A stretch of DNA of 64,000 nt from Antedon mediterranea (GCF_964355755.1 NC_092677.1:8020101-8084100); one strand, 5' to 3'; positions 14,585 through 27,228 are shown, counted from the first letter of the stretch. The notes: a model not told the origin generated them from the sequence alone. Translations and numbers: made by a program.

Positions 14585-15909
14585 ATGGCTTCTACTTCTG
14601 AATTAGCTTGTGTTTACAGTGCCCTAATTCTTCATGATGATGATGTTGCCATCACTGTAAGTACATAGGCCGGCAATAGGCCTACACGGTGTATTTCACA
14701 ACCAGTTGAAATTTAAATTATACACATGTTTAAACTGCAGCTGGTATACAGCGTATGAATTGAAAGTATTTTTAATTATACAGTACATATTTTGCTGTGC
14801 AATTATTGGTTTTTATTTTTATTTACTGTAAATCCTTCAAAATGGCAACAGATTCATTACTGACATATAGCATATAGTAGGCCTAGCCTAGTAGTAGGCT
14901 ATTATGTTTTATTTGTTTTACTGATTACCTGATACATTTAGATTGAATGTTAAATCTAAATAAATGAAACTAAGGAAGGGGGATACAGACCAGGTGCTGG
15001 GCTGGGTAGAGCGGGAAAGTAATTGGTTTGTCTACAGCAAAAGGCTTGCCGATGTATTTCATTCATGCTATATTGGAAGACACCAATCATCCTCTTCATG
15101 GTGACATTATCAGCTCCGTTTATCATTCGTTATTGTAACGTTGTTCAATTAGAAGGCGTTTGTCATTACAACAATTTCTTCTGAAAATACTAACTAAATG
15201 TTACTAACTACTTTGATATTTTATAATAGACTGAAAAGATCAGTACACTTGTAAAGGCAGCCAACGTCACTGTGGAACCATTCTGGCCTGGTCTATTTGC
15301 TAAGGCTCTTGAAGGAGCTTCAGTCGGGGATCTCATCCGCAATGTAGGCAGTGGATCAGCAGCAGCACCTGCTGCAGCCGCTGGTGGAGCAAGTGCCGGT
15401 GATGCCCCTGCAGCAGGTAAGATCTTTCAATATCTTTTTTGGTGGGATTTCAGTGGTTAGGCATATCCAAAGGAGCTTGAATGTGATGGCACAACCATGG
15501 ATGCAATTTACAGTTGCTTGTGCAACTGATTCTCTGTGCCAATAGACAACGGAATAAAGTGTGATGTTGACTGCATTAGACTCCAAACCAAATACTGACC
15601 AATAGAAGACATGTGCAGTTGACTGTGCCAATTGAAAATTTTATTGAATGCATAACCATCTGAAAATTACTGTATTCATAAGGTATTGTTGTTTATTCTG
15701 ATTACAGAAAAGAAAGAAGAAGCCAAGAAAGAAGAGGAATCTGAATCTGATGACGACATGGGATTCGGTGTGTTGAATATTTTTTTAATTTAATCCTGTA
15801 TTCTGGTGATTTTGAGACTACTGTATGTTCAAATAACCTTTTTTTCACAAACATAGAATTGGTCTTCTGAACCTTACACTTTTTATTTCTTGCAGGTCTC
15901 TTCGACTAA
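14585..15909 (+). CDS. RPLP1: 60S acidic ribosomal protein P1
   Basis: Exons 14585-14656, 15230-15416, 15708-15767, 15896-15909 give [51 protein letters not shown]...[16 protein letters not shown]; AATAAA at ~16003. Confidence 0.97.
14985..15176 (+). ncRNA. Candidate intronic box H/ACA snoRNA (RPLP1 intron 1)
   Basis: GC-richer island with hairpins (CCGATGTA/TATATTGG; GTGACA/TGTCAT), ANANNA-fitting ACACCA at ~15079 and ACAatt at 15171, ~55 nt before the 3' splice site. Confidence 0.4.
15448..15667 (+). ncRNA. Candidate structured intronic RNA/snoRNA (RPLP1 intron 2)
   Basis: Long closing stem atttcagtggttaggcat / atgcataaccatctgaaaat. Inner stems TGGCACA/TGTGCCA, CAGTTGC/GCAACTG and GTTGACTGCA/TGCAGTTGAC; H-box-like AGACAA at ~15544. 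Confidence 0.45.
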
Positions 15910-17794
15910 GTCGGTTGTCAAGAAGAAACATCCAGTCACAATCACATTTTATGCCATTTATCATGGCAAATGAACTGACTTTTGTTTATTTCTGTGTAAA
16001 TCAATAAAAAAAAACTGAAAATTATAGTAATTGTTATTTAGATTCTTTTATGTTTTTTTAACACAAGGTCACATTGCACAATTGAGAAACTCAAAGACAC
16101 TTTTAAATATCGTCGCGATAATATAATGCAAAAGTTTTTTCTGCTTCTTCACAACCAATTCGTGATCATTTACCCATACTGTATTTTTACCACAGGAATA
16201 CTAATGAGAGCCTGTTGAGGCTTATCGACATATCATAAGTCGATGCTAACCAGTTGTTCAGACTGATGGGTAGGCTATGGTCAGCTCTATCAGGGTTACA
16301 TTAGCGCAAATAATTATTCGTCGGTAATACTGTCGGTACTCCATTTTCCAGGAGTAACGACAAATCTTTTTCTGCTGGCTTCTTTATTCCAGGAGTGACA
16401 ACTGCTAAGATTGGTTGCAATATGAATTGCCATATACAATGTACAGTATGACAAGTCAGTGTATACATTTACAAAACCATAATATAGAAAAAATTGATTG
16501 ATACATATAAATTATTTAATCAAAATATATTTAAACCAATAATAAGTGTACTATATAAATGGCTGTCACAAATAATATTGGCATTGCAACTATTGTTTCC
16601 TAAGACCAAATGAGTGGACAAAGCATTACAGTACTGTATTGCAATTGATCAAAAAGCTGCATTATGCAAGACGGTAGAAAAGGAGACGGAATGTTTTAAT
16701 AAAACCAACCAGTACTTTTACATTCTACAACATGGTATTCAGTATAAGCTAAACTGTTTTGTTGTAGCGAGTTTTATAATTGTTTAGCTGTTCTGTTTTA
16801 ATTTTATCTACTAACTAGAAAATCTATTAATTCATTAATAATAATATAAATTTTCTTGTTCATCAGTTTGATTATTTCTTTCATACGGCCTTGTGGAAGA
16901 ACACATTTTGTTGTGAACGAGCCTCCGCTTTAAAATAAAGATATTATTAAGCTGAAATACCAAGTTATTTTGAAAAAGCGAGAAAACTTACTACTACTAG
17001 GCTGAGACGATTTTTGCATGTTTGAGAAGTTAATCGCAATAATTTGAATTGAATATGCACTGGGTTTTTTTCCTTTCATCATGTAGCGCAAGTCGCCACC
17101 ATTACAGTACTGTACACTGTAAAAAGAAGCTTGGGAAGGCTTACAGAATATTAAAAACTTTCTCACTGATGCTGCACTCAAAAGTGTGCTATAAATATCC
17201 CTTATGAACGTTACAGTATTAGTACTAAAATAAAATAAATTCTTGTATACAAATGATTAGCATGCATAAGACACTGTTTTATAAAGTGATTGTCACATAG
17301 AATAGTTAATAGAATTGTTAAACCATACACATTTATCTCAAATTAAAAACCTGAGTCTAAAATTAATAGCAAAAGCAGCATTACAATTAGTATTGATCTT
17401 GAATGCAGACATTTAAAATACAAAATGAAAACTATATCCTTAAAATTCAAGGTAATTTTTGTCATAAGTAATCTGTGTAAATAATCTATTTTATATACAT
17501 GTTTCATTGACTTATTTAATTTTTGGTTCAATAAAATTCTTACAGGCAACAATAAAGCCTCGTTAATAAAATTCTGTAATACACCTTAAAAATAAAATAT
17601 TAGATTCACTAATCTTAGTTTAATAATTATGATTATAAAAAAAAATTATTACAGTATAAATAATTCTATTCCACTGGTTTAATGTTGATGTGGTTTTATC
17701 TGCTAATTGAAGAGTGCAAGCGTTCGGATAAAAAAATCTTGCAACCAATATTTCATCATATCTTGAATTGAGTTTTTTCCGTATCGCAGTGAAG

Positions 17795-20700
17795 CTATTG
17801 CGTTTGAGAATTTCCACTTGCTTCAATCTCAACCCATTCTTTTTCTTCTTCAACACCATGAAATACTTCCATGATATGTCGGATACAGACCAGCGAAGCT
17901 TCCCGTGTTTCCTTTCCAGCCATCTGAAAATTTAGAAAGCCATGTGGTAGGTCGTCGATAAACTCCAGGTGAACAGGTTTCTCCAATTTCTTCAGACGTT
18001 TGGCAAAAGCTACACTGTCATCACACAACGGATCTAGAGTAGCAGACTGAAAAATAATATGTACAGTAGGCTTATATCCTTTTTTCCATCAAAAAATAGT
18101 GACGGTATGAACATACTTGTACAGTACTATAAGACAAACAAATTCCACTTACCAGTAAGTGAACAGGAGGAAGTCCTTTCAAAAGTTCATCATCAGCCTT
18201 TAGAGGTGAAAGGTATCCATTTCTGAAGATTGGGCTCTCTTTAAACTTACGAACTGGAGAGTCTATGTATGCTGGCGGTTCTAACACAGCAGTGTCAATC
18301 ACTCCAAATGACTCATCATCGAGGTCCAAACTCAAAGAATCACGGGATATACTCTGAGGTATTGGAATGTTATCTGGATTCAGGTCAACTGGCGATTCTT
18401 CAACGTCATCTGAACGAACCGAAACCATTGGTGAGAAGTTTGACTGTGTTACGCTTTCGCCAGTGTTTGTATTGATGACAGCAGAATCACAGGATTCTCC
18501 AGCAGTTTCCTCCGAAGTGGACACATTTGTAGAATCTTCTGTAATCAATGTTGCAACGTTATCGTCAACGTCATTTTTATTACATGTTTTGTCATTAATG
18601 TCTGTGAGTATCTGAGAAGGTGAAACTTCTTCCATTATTGGGCTTTCTTTAGCACTATTATTAGCTAAGACTTGAAGTGGAATCTCTCCATTAGATGTAT
18701 CTGTATTTTCTTTTTCAGCTGGAGATACGTCACCGTTTTTAAACACTCTTCCTTCTGTATCTGATCTGGAAGCTGTCATTCCGTTAATTTTATCATTTGC
18801 CTGTGCCACAATATCTTTAACATAATGTTCATCTTCAAATTCCTCTTTTATTCCAGCATAAGATGAAATACATGTCATGAGAATTCCTAATGGTAATAAA
18901 GGATCCATTATGCTCATAATACGAGAGGGGGAGGGTTCCGTGCTAATCATTAAAGGCGCATAGGCCGCGACTACACCATCTGGAGCACGTATACCATAGG
19001 ATGCAGCACGCATGGCAACTGATATGGCTAGATTACCACCTGCACTATCACCTGCTATGCAAATTCGCTCACCTGTGGAACCTGGAAATAAAAAAAAGGA
19101 ATCTTGGGTAACCACATACAATCGTTAATTGTACAGACAAGGGCAACCTTGTCTTGAAATAGTACACAAGATTTTATAAAATAAACCATTCAAGATCTGA
19201 AATGCATTTCACAACAGTTCCATCAAAGTAAAAAAAAGCTATTTACACACAGATACACACACTATGCCAAGAGTTATCAATTTATTTTAGGGAACGATTA
19301 ACTTTTTTTAGGGTTAATCGTCCATATTTTTTTTTGGATTGAATGACTCTACATTACCTTATTGTGAAGTAGAATAAATAAATAAACACTTATAAAATTA
19401 GATAAAACATACCAAGATGTGGAGCATTTTGGACAGCCCAGGCATAGGCAAAAAAACACTCCTCAAATGCTCTGGGAAAGGGTGCTTCAGGGGCTAAGGA
19501 ATAATCAACAGAAACAATCGGAACACCCAGTTCTTTACACCAATTTCTCAGATAAATCTGTTGAATGAAAAATAAAAATAGTGTTGTCAAAAAATATGGT
19601 AACTTTATTAGCAGGATTGTCAAGAACATATTAGCGGTGACAGAACTGTGTATAATTCTGTAGTACTTACCTCGTGTGATTTTGAGGTTTGTGCCACAAA
19701 TCCCCCACCATGGAAGTGGATGAGCAGAGAAGATGAAAGAGGTGATGGCTGAACTTTGTTTTGCTTGTTTTGAATACTTTCACCTTTACTCTTTGGTGGC
19801 GGGAAAAGCCAAGCCTATCAAACAAAATATAAAAAATAATCATTAAAACATGATACTTAAAAAAACCAACTGTAATGAAGATCAGCACGAAGTTGTTTCA
19901 CCCATGGATGTAACTTTGCAGAAATCCACCTTCAAAGTCTTCCTTCCAGCCTAATTTAATTTTGTTTTCACCAACCCTTAACTTTTTGATACCAACCCTA
20001 GACAACTCTAGCTTCTCTCTTTTCAACTCTCCATTATTCAACAACTATTTTTATACTCCCTTTCCTGATCAAGAGCATCATTGAAATTGCCACTACATAC
20101 CTGGCCTTCTCGTTCGTGGAAACTCAATAACCTCATTTGTGCAAGGCCTGGCCCTGTGTGAGCACAAGGTGGTGTGATGGTCACACTCTCACCGCCAATC
20201 ATGGAAGGCATCTCAAAGTTGTGAGGTGAAATTTGAATAACTCTGTTAACTGCCACAGGTCCAGCCATGTAACCAGACATTTCCTAGAAAATTATGAAAT
20301 AAATCAATAAGACCAAGATTCTTTATTGGTTAATAACTGTAAATGTGTCTTGTTTGTTTTTAGTGTTTCTCTGCTCACACACCTAACATTTACAATGACA
20401 ATAACAAAATTACCCTAGTGTGAAGAAGGAGGACAAAATAAGTTTGGAGACTTCACTTTGGCAATCTGTACATAATTATATACAATTATGATACATAAAA
20501 TAACTATTAACAGGCTCTCTACATCATGTTTTAAGGGTCTTTCACACGAAACTTCAATATTTCATTTTAATATGGCTACATGCTTATTGACTGGTTCATA
20601 GCCGCATAGAGTGTCATGATTCTTGTTTGTATTGTTGAGGGCCCATAAAATCAGTTCACACTACTTGTAGCAGCTGGTTTATAATCTTTTGACATATGGG

Positions 20701-22502
20701 GAAATATACTGGTTTCTTTTTCTTATTTTTTTAATGTGAAGGTAGGGAGGCTTTATTTTGTTTGATAATAAAAGCAAAACAAAAGAAATAGGATTTAAAG
20801 CAACTTCATTGAAATAAAACGCATTTGAAATTTTAAAAATAGCTATTATTAATAGCTTAATATATTGCACCACGTTGCCTTTTATGCAATCAAAACTAAA
20901 ATATTTTTTAAAAGAAAAATCTGCCATTGTTGAATGAAAATTTAATTTCTTGTCTATGCTATTATAAGATGCTGTACTTTAAAATGTAAAATATCTTTAT
21001 TTAAAAGATAATTATTAATTATTAAGTCAATGTATGTATTCATATTTTTATGTCCTATGTGTTTTCTGACTGTGGTTTCAGTCTACAGTATAGTAAATAT
21101 GTTAACCATACATTTTAGAAAACCAATTATCATATATTACGACTAGCGTAAAATATTAAAATGTAGTGACGACTGAATTGTGTAGGCATGTACTTACACT
21201 GACGACTGAAGCCTCTGTGATAGACCAGAATGATTTACAGAAGGTTACATCGCATTTAGTTGTCATCTCAACAATTCTTTTTGCACGTTGCTCTGGATTA
21301 AGCATGTATTTCCCACTGACATTTAAAGCAATTAGAAATGTATCAGTAACTTAACACAACATAACCTCTATATTAACTAACATTTTACTCTCAAAGAACC
21401 TGAAAATTAAGTCCAGTTCTATGTTTTATTAATCTCATATTATCTTATTAATCTTATTCTTATATTAATTTGGCAATTTTATTTGGCAAACCTGTGATAT
21501 AGTGTTGTTGCAGTCCGCCCAATCACACCATCATATCTATGGTAACCTTCGCTGAAAGATGCCATTGCTATAGCGACAGTTTGCAATGGCTTGTACATAA
21601 TGTCGCTAAACTGAAAAAAAAATACAATGTTTTTTACATATTTTTTATAATTGTATCATAAAAAACAATAATAAAGATTTTGTTTAAATTAAAAATACTC
21701 CTACCTACGTGATAGGCCTAATGTGTTTCTAAAAAAAAGTTTATTGCAGTTTTCTGTACTACTAATCTATCCTACATTTTTTTCCTATACAATACAGTAT
21801 TATAATTGTCTTGGCTACTATAGGCCTAGCTAGATAGAGTGCCTATATAATAATATTAAAAACGTATTTGTCTAGAAACTCACAGAGTGAGTGGTTTTAA
21901 TATTTAAACCTTTTGCTACGGCTTTGCAATTTTATTTCAGAAACAGAATGTACCTGAAATCCAAGGCACCGCCCATAGAAACACTCTCTATCCAATGCTT
22001 GGGCCAACAACAACTCGGTTTCTGGAATTTCACTTTTATCCGTAATAAATAATTCAGAAGAATCTGAATAACACAACAACTTTTGAGCAAATGTGAGCAT
22101 TCTACGCAATTGGGACATAACCCTGGAATATGCATCGAGTTCTTTACAATAATGGCTTCCCCTAAACATCATACTATCCCTGTTTCTAGTTATTGTCTGG
22201 CATAGTGTAATCACCCGGCCTACGCATTTCTCCACCACCGTAAGCAGGCTGCGGTAGCCGTTGCCAGGTATGCTTGGATCGAAATCGAACTGGCCTGCAG
22301 CTTGTTCGATGGCCTCGAGCACCGGTTTTAGGGCGTCAGTTTCCTGCTCTAAATGGCATAATGTTGTGAAAAAATGTTCAGCATACTTCGACTTTGACGT
22401 TTGATAATGTTCAATATTGTTAATAAGAAGAATTTGGAGAGTTTTTATTGGCCACAAAATAGATTTTTCACCCAACGGGGCTTGTATACCGTCTTCCTCC
22501 AT
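17795..22502 (-). CDS. LIPE: Hormone-sensitive lipase
   Basis: Eight in-phase exons: 22502-21954, 21610-21492, 21315-21198, 20283-20101, 19814-19671, 19557-19413, 19081-18153, 18046-17795. HSL N-terminal motifs ([25 protein letters not shown]), [37 protein letters not shown] nucleophile, LDPLCDDS and HGF triad residues. Confidence 0.95.
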
Positions 22503-22641
22503 TTTCTCACGAGTTCATTCATAATATGCAAATGAGCCAGAGGCATATTCAGAGCGTCATTTCGGAGGTATATTCAAGGCGTCATTCTGACGACTGGAGT
22601 ATTCTCTACGGAGCGCCATTTATGCCTTTATTAACCTCAAT

Positions 22642-22845
22642 AGTTTAGTTTAGTTATAATGGGAAAGTTTAGGTGATGATAAACCCCATATCAACTACAT
22701 TGTGTCGATGCGATTCTTGAAGGTATTAGCGGTCTCAGAATTGACAACGTCGGCTGGTAAACTGTTCCAATGGTTTATTACTCGTTGCGAGAAGGTATGT
22801 CTTCTACAGTTCAATCCTTTATGGAAAGTATGCTTGAATAATTGA
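22642..22845 (-). mobile_element. CR1-like LINE 3' end inserted in the left outer arm
   Basis: Minus strand encodes ..CRRHTFSQRVINHWNSLPADVVNSETANTFKNRIDTM* followed by an (ACTAA)n tail; absent from the mirror arm at ~31980-32000. Confidence 0.75.
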
Positions 22846-23269
22846 AATACGGTAACTTCTCAAGTGGACCCAATTTAGCACCAGGGTAGCACAGTGATAT
22901 AAAATAGAAATAAAAGTCACTACTTTTTAATATCGTTTAGTATATACCCATATCACAAACTGACAAACAGAAACATCTTGGCATTCACATTGATTCAAAT
23001 TTATCTTTTTCTTTTCATGTAAATAAACTCCGTTCCAAACTGGGCTTGTCCATTTCCATCTTATCGCGTGCTCGGTCATTTCATTAATAAACACAAATCC
23101 ATACTCCTCTATAACACTATAATCCTCCCACACATTGACTATTGATGTAGTTTTTGGGGAATCAGATCGAATATTGACCGAATACAGACCATTCAAAATA
23201 GAGCATTTCGCATTATCCTTTTTAAAGCTCATCCTCGCACACCACGAACTAACATTTACAACACCTTAA

Positions 23270-23632
23270 ATCTTCATACAGTCCAAGATCGCATGCATCT
23301 ACAACTGGGCTGCCTTGCCTACAGGTCTGCAAATGATCTTGCTCCGGAAAACCTTGCCCTGCGTCTTGCCAGAATTCCAAATCATCGATGTACCCGAAGT
23401 GTCAGTGAGAGGAAATGTGTCGTCCCTTTCCATCCCTAAACTGAAACTTTTAAGAACAGCTTCATCTAGAGCACCAACATACCTGAATTTGCTACCCACC
23501 AAACTAAGGAATGCGGTAACAATAAATAATTTTAAGTCTGCTCTAAAAAAATATTTAATCCCAAAAGAAAAAAACTCAACGTTTTGTATAGTATTGTAGG
23601 CTATATTTTTGTATTTAAGTACATATTATATT
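23270..23632 (+). mobile_element. L2/CR1-group LINE ORF2 C-terminal fragment
   Basis: ..RAPTYLNLLPTKLRNAVTINNFKSALKKYL matches the WN.LP..LR......FK..LK..L terminus of L2-group elements. Confidence 0.6.
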
Positions 23633-23692
23633 ATGCTCTATTTTGAATGGTCTGTATTCGGTCAATATTCGATCTGATTCCCCAAAAACTAC

Positions 23693-24300
23693 AAAATAGG
23701 GCACGAGTTCTTAAAGACTGTAGATGAATGTTTTCCACATAACCATGAGCTAAGAAAAATATTTAATAGAAACACCATTAAAATCAGCTATAGTTGTATG
23801 CCTAATATAGGGTCTGTAATATCGGCCCACAACAAAAATGTATTACGTAATGATATGCCCTGTGATAACATCAAGCAATGCAACTGTCGAAATGAATGCC
23901 CATTAGATGGGAAATGCCTAACCAGTGGTGTTGTTTATCAGGCTACAGTAACAACAAATGATGATGATAAAGTTGAAACATATGTCGGACTAACCGAAAA
24001 CACATTTAAATGCAGATATAACGCACACAATAGTTCATTCCGTAATGTCAAATACAAAAACAGCACAACGCTTATCCAGTACATCTGGAAGCTAAAAGAT
24101 GATAACATAAAGTATAACATTAAATGGCGAATAATAAAGAAGTGTAAACCATATATTCCAATGTTAACAAACGGTGTAATCTATGCTTACAAGAGAAGTA
24201 TTATATTATATGCAAGCCTGAAACCAGCTCACTTAACCATAGGAACGAATTAGTCAGTGCATGTAGACATAGGAGAAAGTTTCTACTAAAGTATCAGTAA
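23693..24300 (+). mobile_element. 5'-truncated Penelope-like retroelement (Naiad-type GIY-YIG endonuclease), frameshifted
   Basis: KIFNRNTIKISYSCMPN..CNCRNECPLDGKCL..VVYQATV..TYVGLTENTFKCRYNAH. A 2-bp AT insertion at ~24155 shifts the tail [39 protein letters not shown] (TAA 24298-24300). Confidence 0.85.
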
Positions 24301-24878
24301 TTTAGATAATAAGAATTTGGTTAACAATAGACTGTCCATGAAATAGAGATGCGTTGTACTTGCTAATTAGCATACTATTGTTCACATAAACAGTTTGTAT
24401 GTATGTTAATAGAATGCGCCCAATTTGGCCCCAGTGGAGCACAGTGATATAAAATAGAAATAAAGTCACTAAATTTTAATATATTTTCGTATAAAACACT
24501 GTGTTCAACAAGTGGACACAATTTGGTACCAGGGGAGCAGTGATATAAAATAGAAATAAAGTCATTCAAGTTTTAATCTTTTCGTCTGTTAATACACTGT
24601 GCTCAAGTGGACCCAATTTGGCGCCATTGGATTTTTTTTTAAATGTAAAATAATGAATATTGTTTTTCCCTTATTTTGAAAGAGAGATATTTTGAGGATT
24701 GTAAATGTCAAGTGGACCTTTTTTAAAATCAGAAACAAAGTTGCATGGCATTATTTTTCATTAAATAGACGTCTGCCATAAAACCTCGAAAAGAAGCCCA
24801 TGTGCTCCTTCATTTTTAGTACTCTTGGGTGGGCTGCTTTTCCACATGGAGTTCTTTTCGAGATTACTTTTGCAAACT

Positions 24879-25160
24879 TTTTTTATTATTTATTTATTTA
24901 TTTATTTTATCTTATGTCTTTAGGCAATGTGGCCAAGGATTACCAATAGTGAATTAATCACTGTCCTATCAGATAGGTGGTACTCCCCCTGATACAGGGG
25001 CTATTGTGTGAACCAGTTTACCGGGGTATCCGAGAAGACTTGTTCCACCACCAGAACTAGGAGCGAGTCGGCCTCGAACCCTTTTGCCGATGTTGTTGTT
25101 GGCTCTTTAGGTAGGGTAAACGGCGCCCCTGCCTTAACCGCTCGGCCATATGACTCACTC
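24879..25160 (-). mobile_element. tRNA-derived SINE
   Basis: Minus strand: A-box TGGCCGAGCGG, B-box GGTTCGAGGCC, central AAGTCTTCTCGGATA block, (AAAT)n/A tail. The mirror copy at ~29300-29325 is an empty site, with ACT duplicated at the insertion. Confidence 0.8.
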
Positions 25161-27228
25161 ACTAAACGAGGGGAACTCTGGCTTCCCGCCCGGAAAATAT
25201 TTTATTTACATGATTTGAAAAATCTTCTAATGTAAATTAACAGCATCAAAATTTAACAGTGTGGCGTGTTGACCGCGAATGACTAACATAACATCTTTAC
25301 CATAATACAACTGCACAGACACTCATTTGCATAACAACGCACGCAGATATTACCAAACTGTTTAAAATAGAGCTACAAGGTAGCCTACCCGAAATTGACA
25401 TCTATTATGTTTTCAAACAACATGCATAAGAATCTTCAGTACCCCACCATGCTTGGAGCTGAGTAAAGACAATTTTGAAAAAAAGAGTTGTATACAGTAG
25501 GCGTTACATGATTTGAATGAAACAAACTATATAAGACTCACCAGGACAATATATGAGCTTGTCCCCGGAAAGTGCACCTATTCATTGAAATATAAAATTA
25601 AATATTAAGTCTCCAGTACTAGCCTATCCATGGTTGAGGCAGAGCAATGAAAATAGAGCCCAGAAATGCACTTACTTATACTTATTACTATACATAGTCA
25701 CCTACGGATAATTATGATAATGTTAAAATTTCTATCCAGATGCGACTTCAACATTTTAGGTGGGGTTTTCTACTTTTAAAAAAAACTCGACTTCGTATAT
25801 GCCTATGGCCTGCGGCCCGGCGGCGGAATTAGTCTAAGCTTCGAAATTGGTCTGGAAATCGGCATCTTTGCAAATGTTCTATATTTGATCTTATTTCACT
25901 CTCCATTAACCCCATACAAAAACCATCGGAGACAAACTATCTGTTTAAAACATGTTTATTCTGCTGAGACGGTGCGGCCATACACACCAACTACTATGAA
26001 GAATCGGACATTTCGCTACCGATGTTGCAACATTGATTAACAAAATCAAAATTTAACAGTGGGGCGCCTTGACCGCGAATGACTAACAATACCATCTTCC
26101 CCATTACACCTGCACAACATCATTTGCATAACAACGCACGGCTTACCAAACTGTTTAAAAATAGCTACAAGGTCTCCAGAAATGACACCTATAGTATTTT
26201 GAAGAGTCTTCACTACCCCACCATGATTGGGGCTGAGCAAAGACAATTTTGAAAAAAATATTTATTGAAATATGAAATTAAATATAAAGTCTCCAGTTAA
26301 GCTCATCATGGTTGGGGCAGAACTAAGAATGAAAGTTTAGTCCCCGGAAATTATGAAACGAAATATAAAAGTCTTCAGGACCAGCCATACAATGAGACAT
26401 GCAATGCACGCGGCCGTGACGGTAATTCAACAAAACAAAATTATGAAATACAAACAGAGCTAGCACACAAAAGCCTACTTACTAATTTTAATGTTTCTAT
26501 AATTTAGGAAGCAATTAGATTTATCATATCACCTTTGATAATTATAATGTTAAATTTCAACTATCCAGATGCGAATTTTAGGTTGGGTTTTTAAAAAAAC
26601 TCGACTTCATAATATGCGTCAATTTCGAAGATCTGCTTAAAACATATTTATTTATTTATTCTGCCATAAACTTTTATTCACAACATAATATTAGTAGGCC
26701 TACAATACAATTTATCTTGCATAAAACGGATATTTAAAAATACACTATATATGTGTAACGGCAGACTTATAATTATAATGTAAAAGATAAAAAGATAAAA
26801 CAAAAATAAAAATTGAACAGTGTTGTGTGTTGATCGCGAATGACTAACAATACCATCTTTCCCACAGCACATGTTCACACTCATTTGCATAACAAACGCT
26901 CGCCATACCAAACTACGATGAGATAAAATTAATTCTCTTCTAAACACGTAACGAAGAGAATTAATTCCCTTTTTTTACGTTAAAATAAATTGAGGGCGCT
27001 AAACATAAAATTTAAACCACCAGAGCAGTTTTCGAGAACCAAAAAAAAAAGATGGTAAATGTGCTCTCCCTGCCTCAGCACTAAGGCCCTGCCACAGCCT
27101 TTTGGGGTCGTTTCCACCACATCACCAGATGCATTGATGTTGTCGCCTCATGATGTGTGGTGGAAAGGGGGACGTTTGATCTGTGAACCCCAAACACAGT
27201 GGCTCGCATAGCCTTAACTCTATTCCAC

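Noticed and set aside
18269-18615. Plus-strand ORFs overlapping LIPE
   Set aside because: Antisense shadows of the LIPE coding exon.
19870-19950. Extra LIPE exon in the intron between 20101 and 19814
   Set aside because: All three frames stop before a convincing donor, and the flanking exons already join in phase.
22927-23232. 101-aa minus-strand ORF as a cargo gene
   Set aside because: No recognisable motif or splice context; it sits among retroelement debris.
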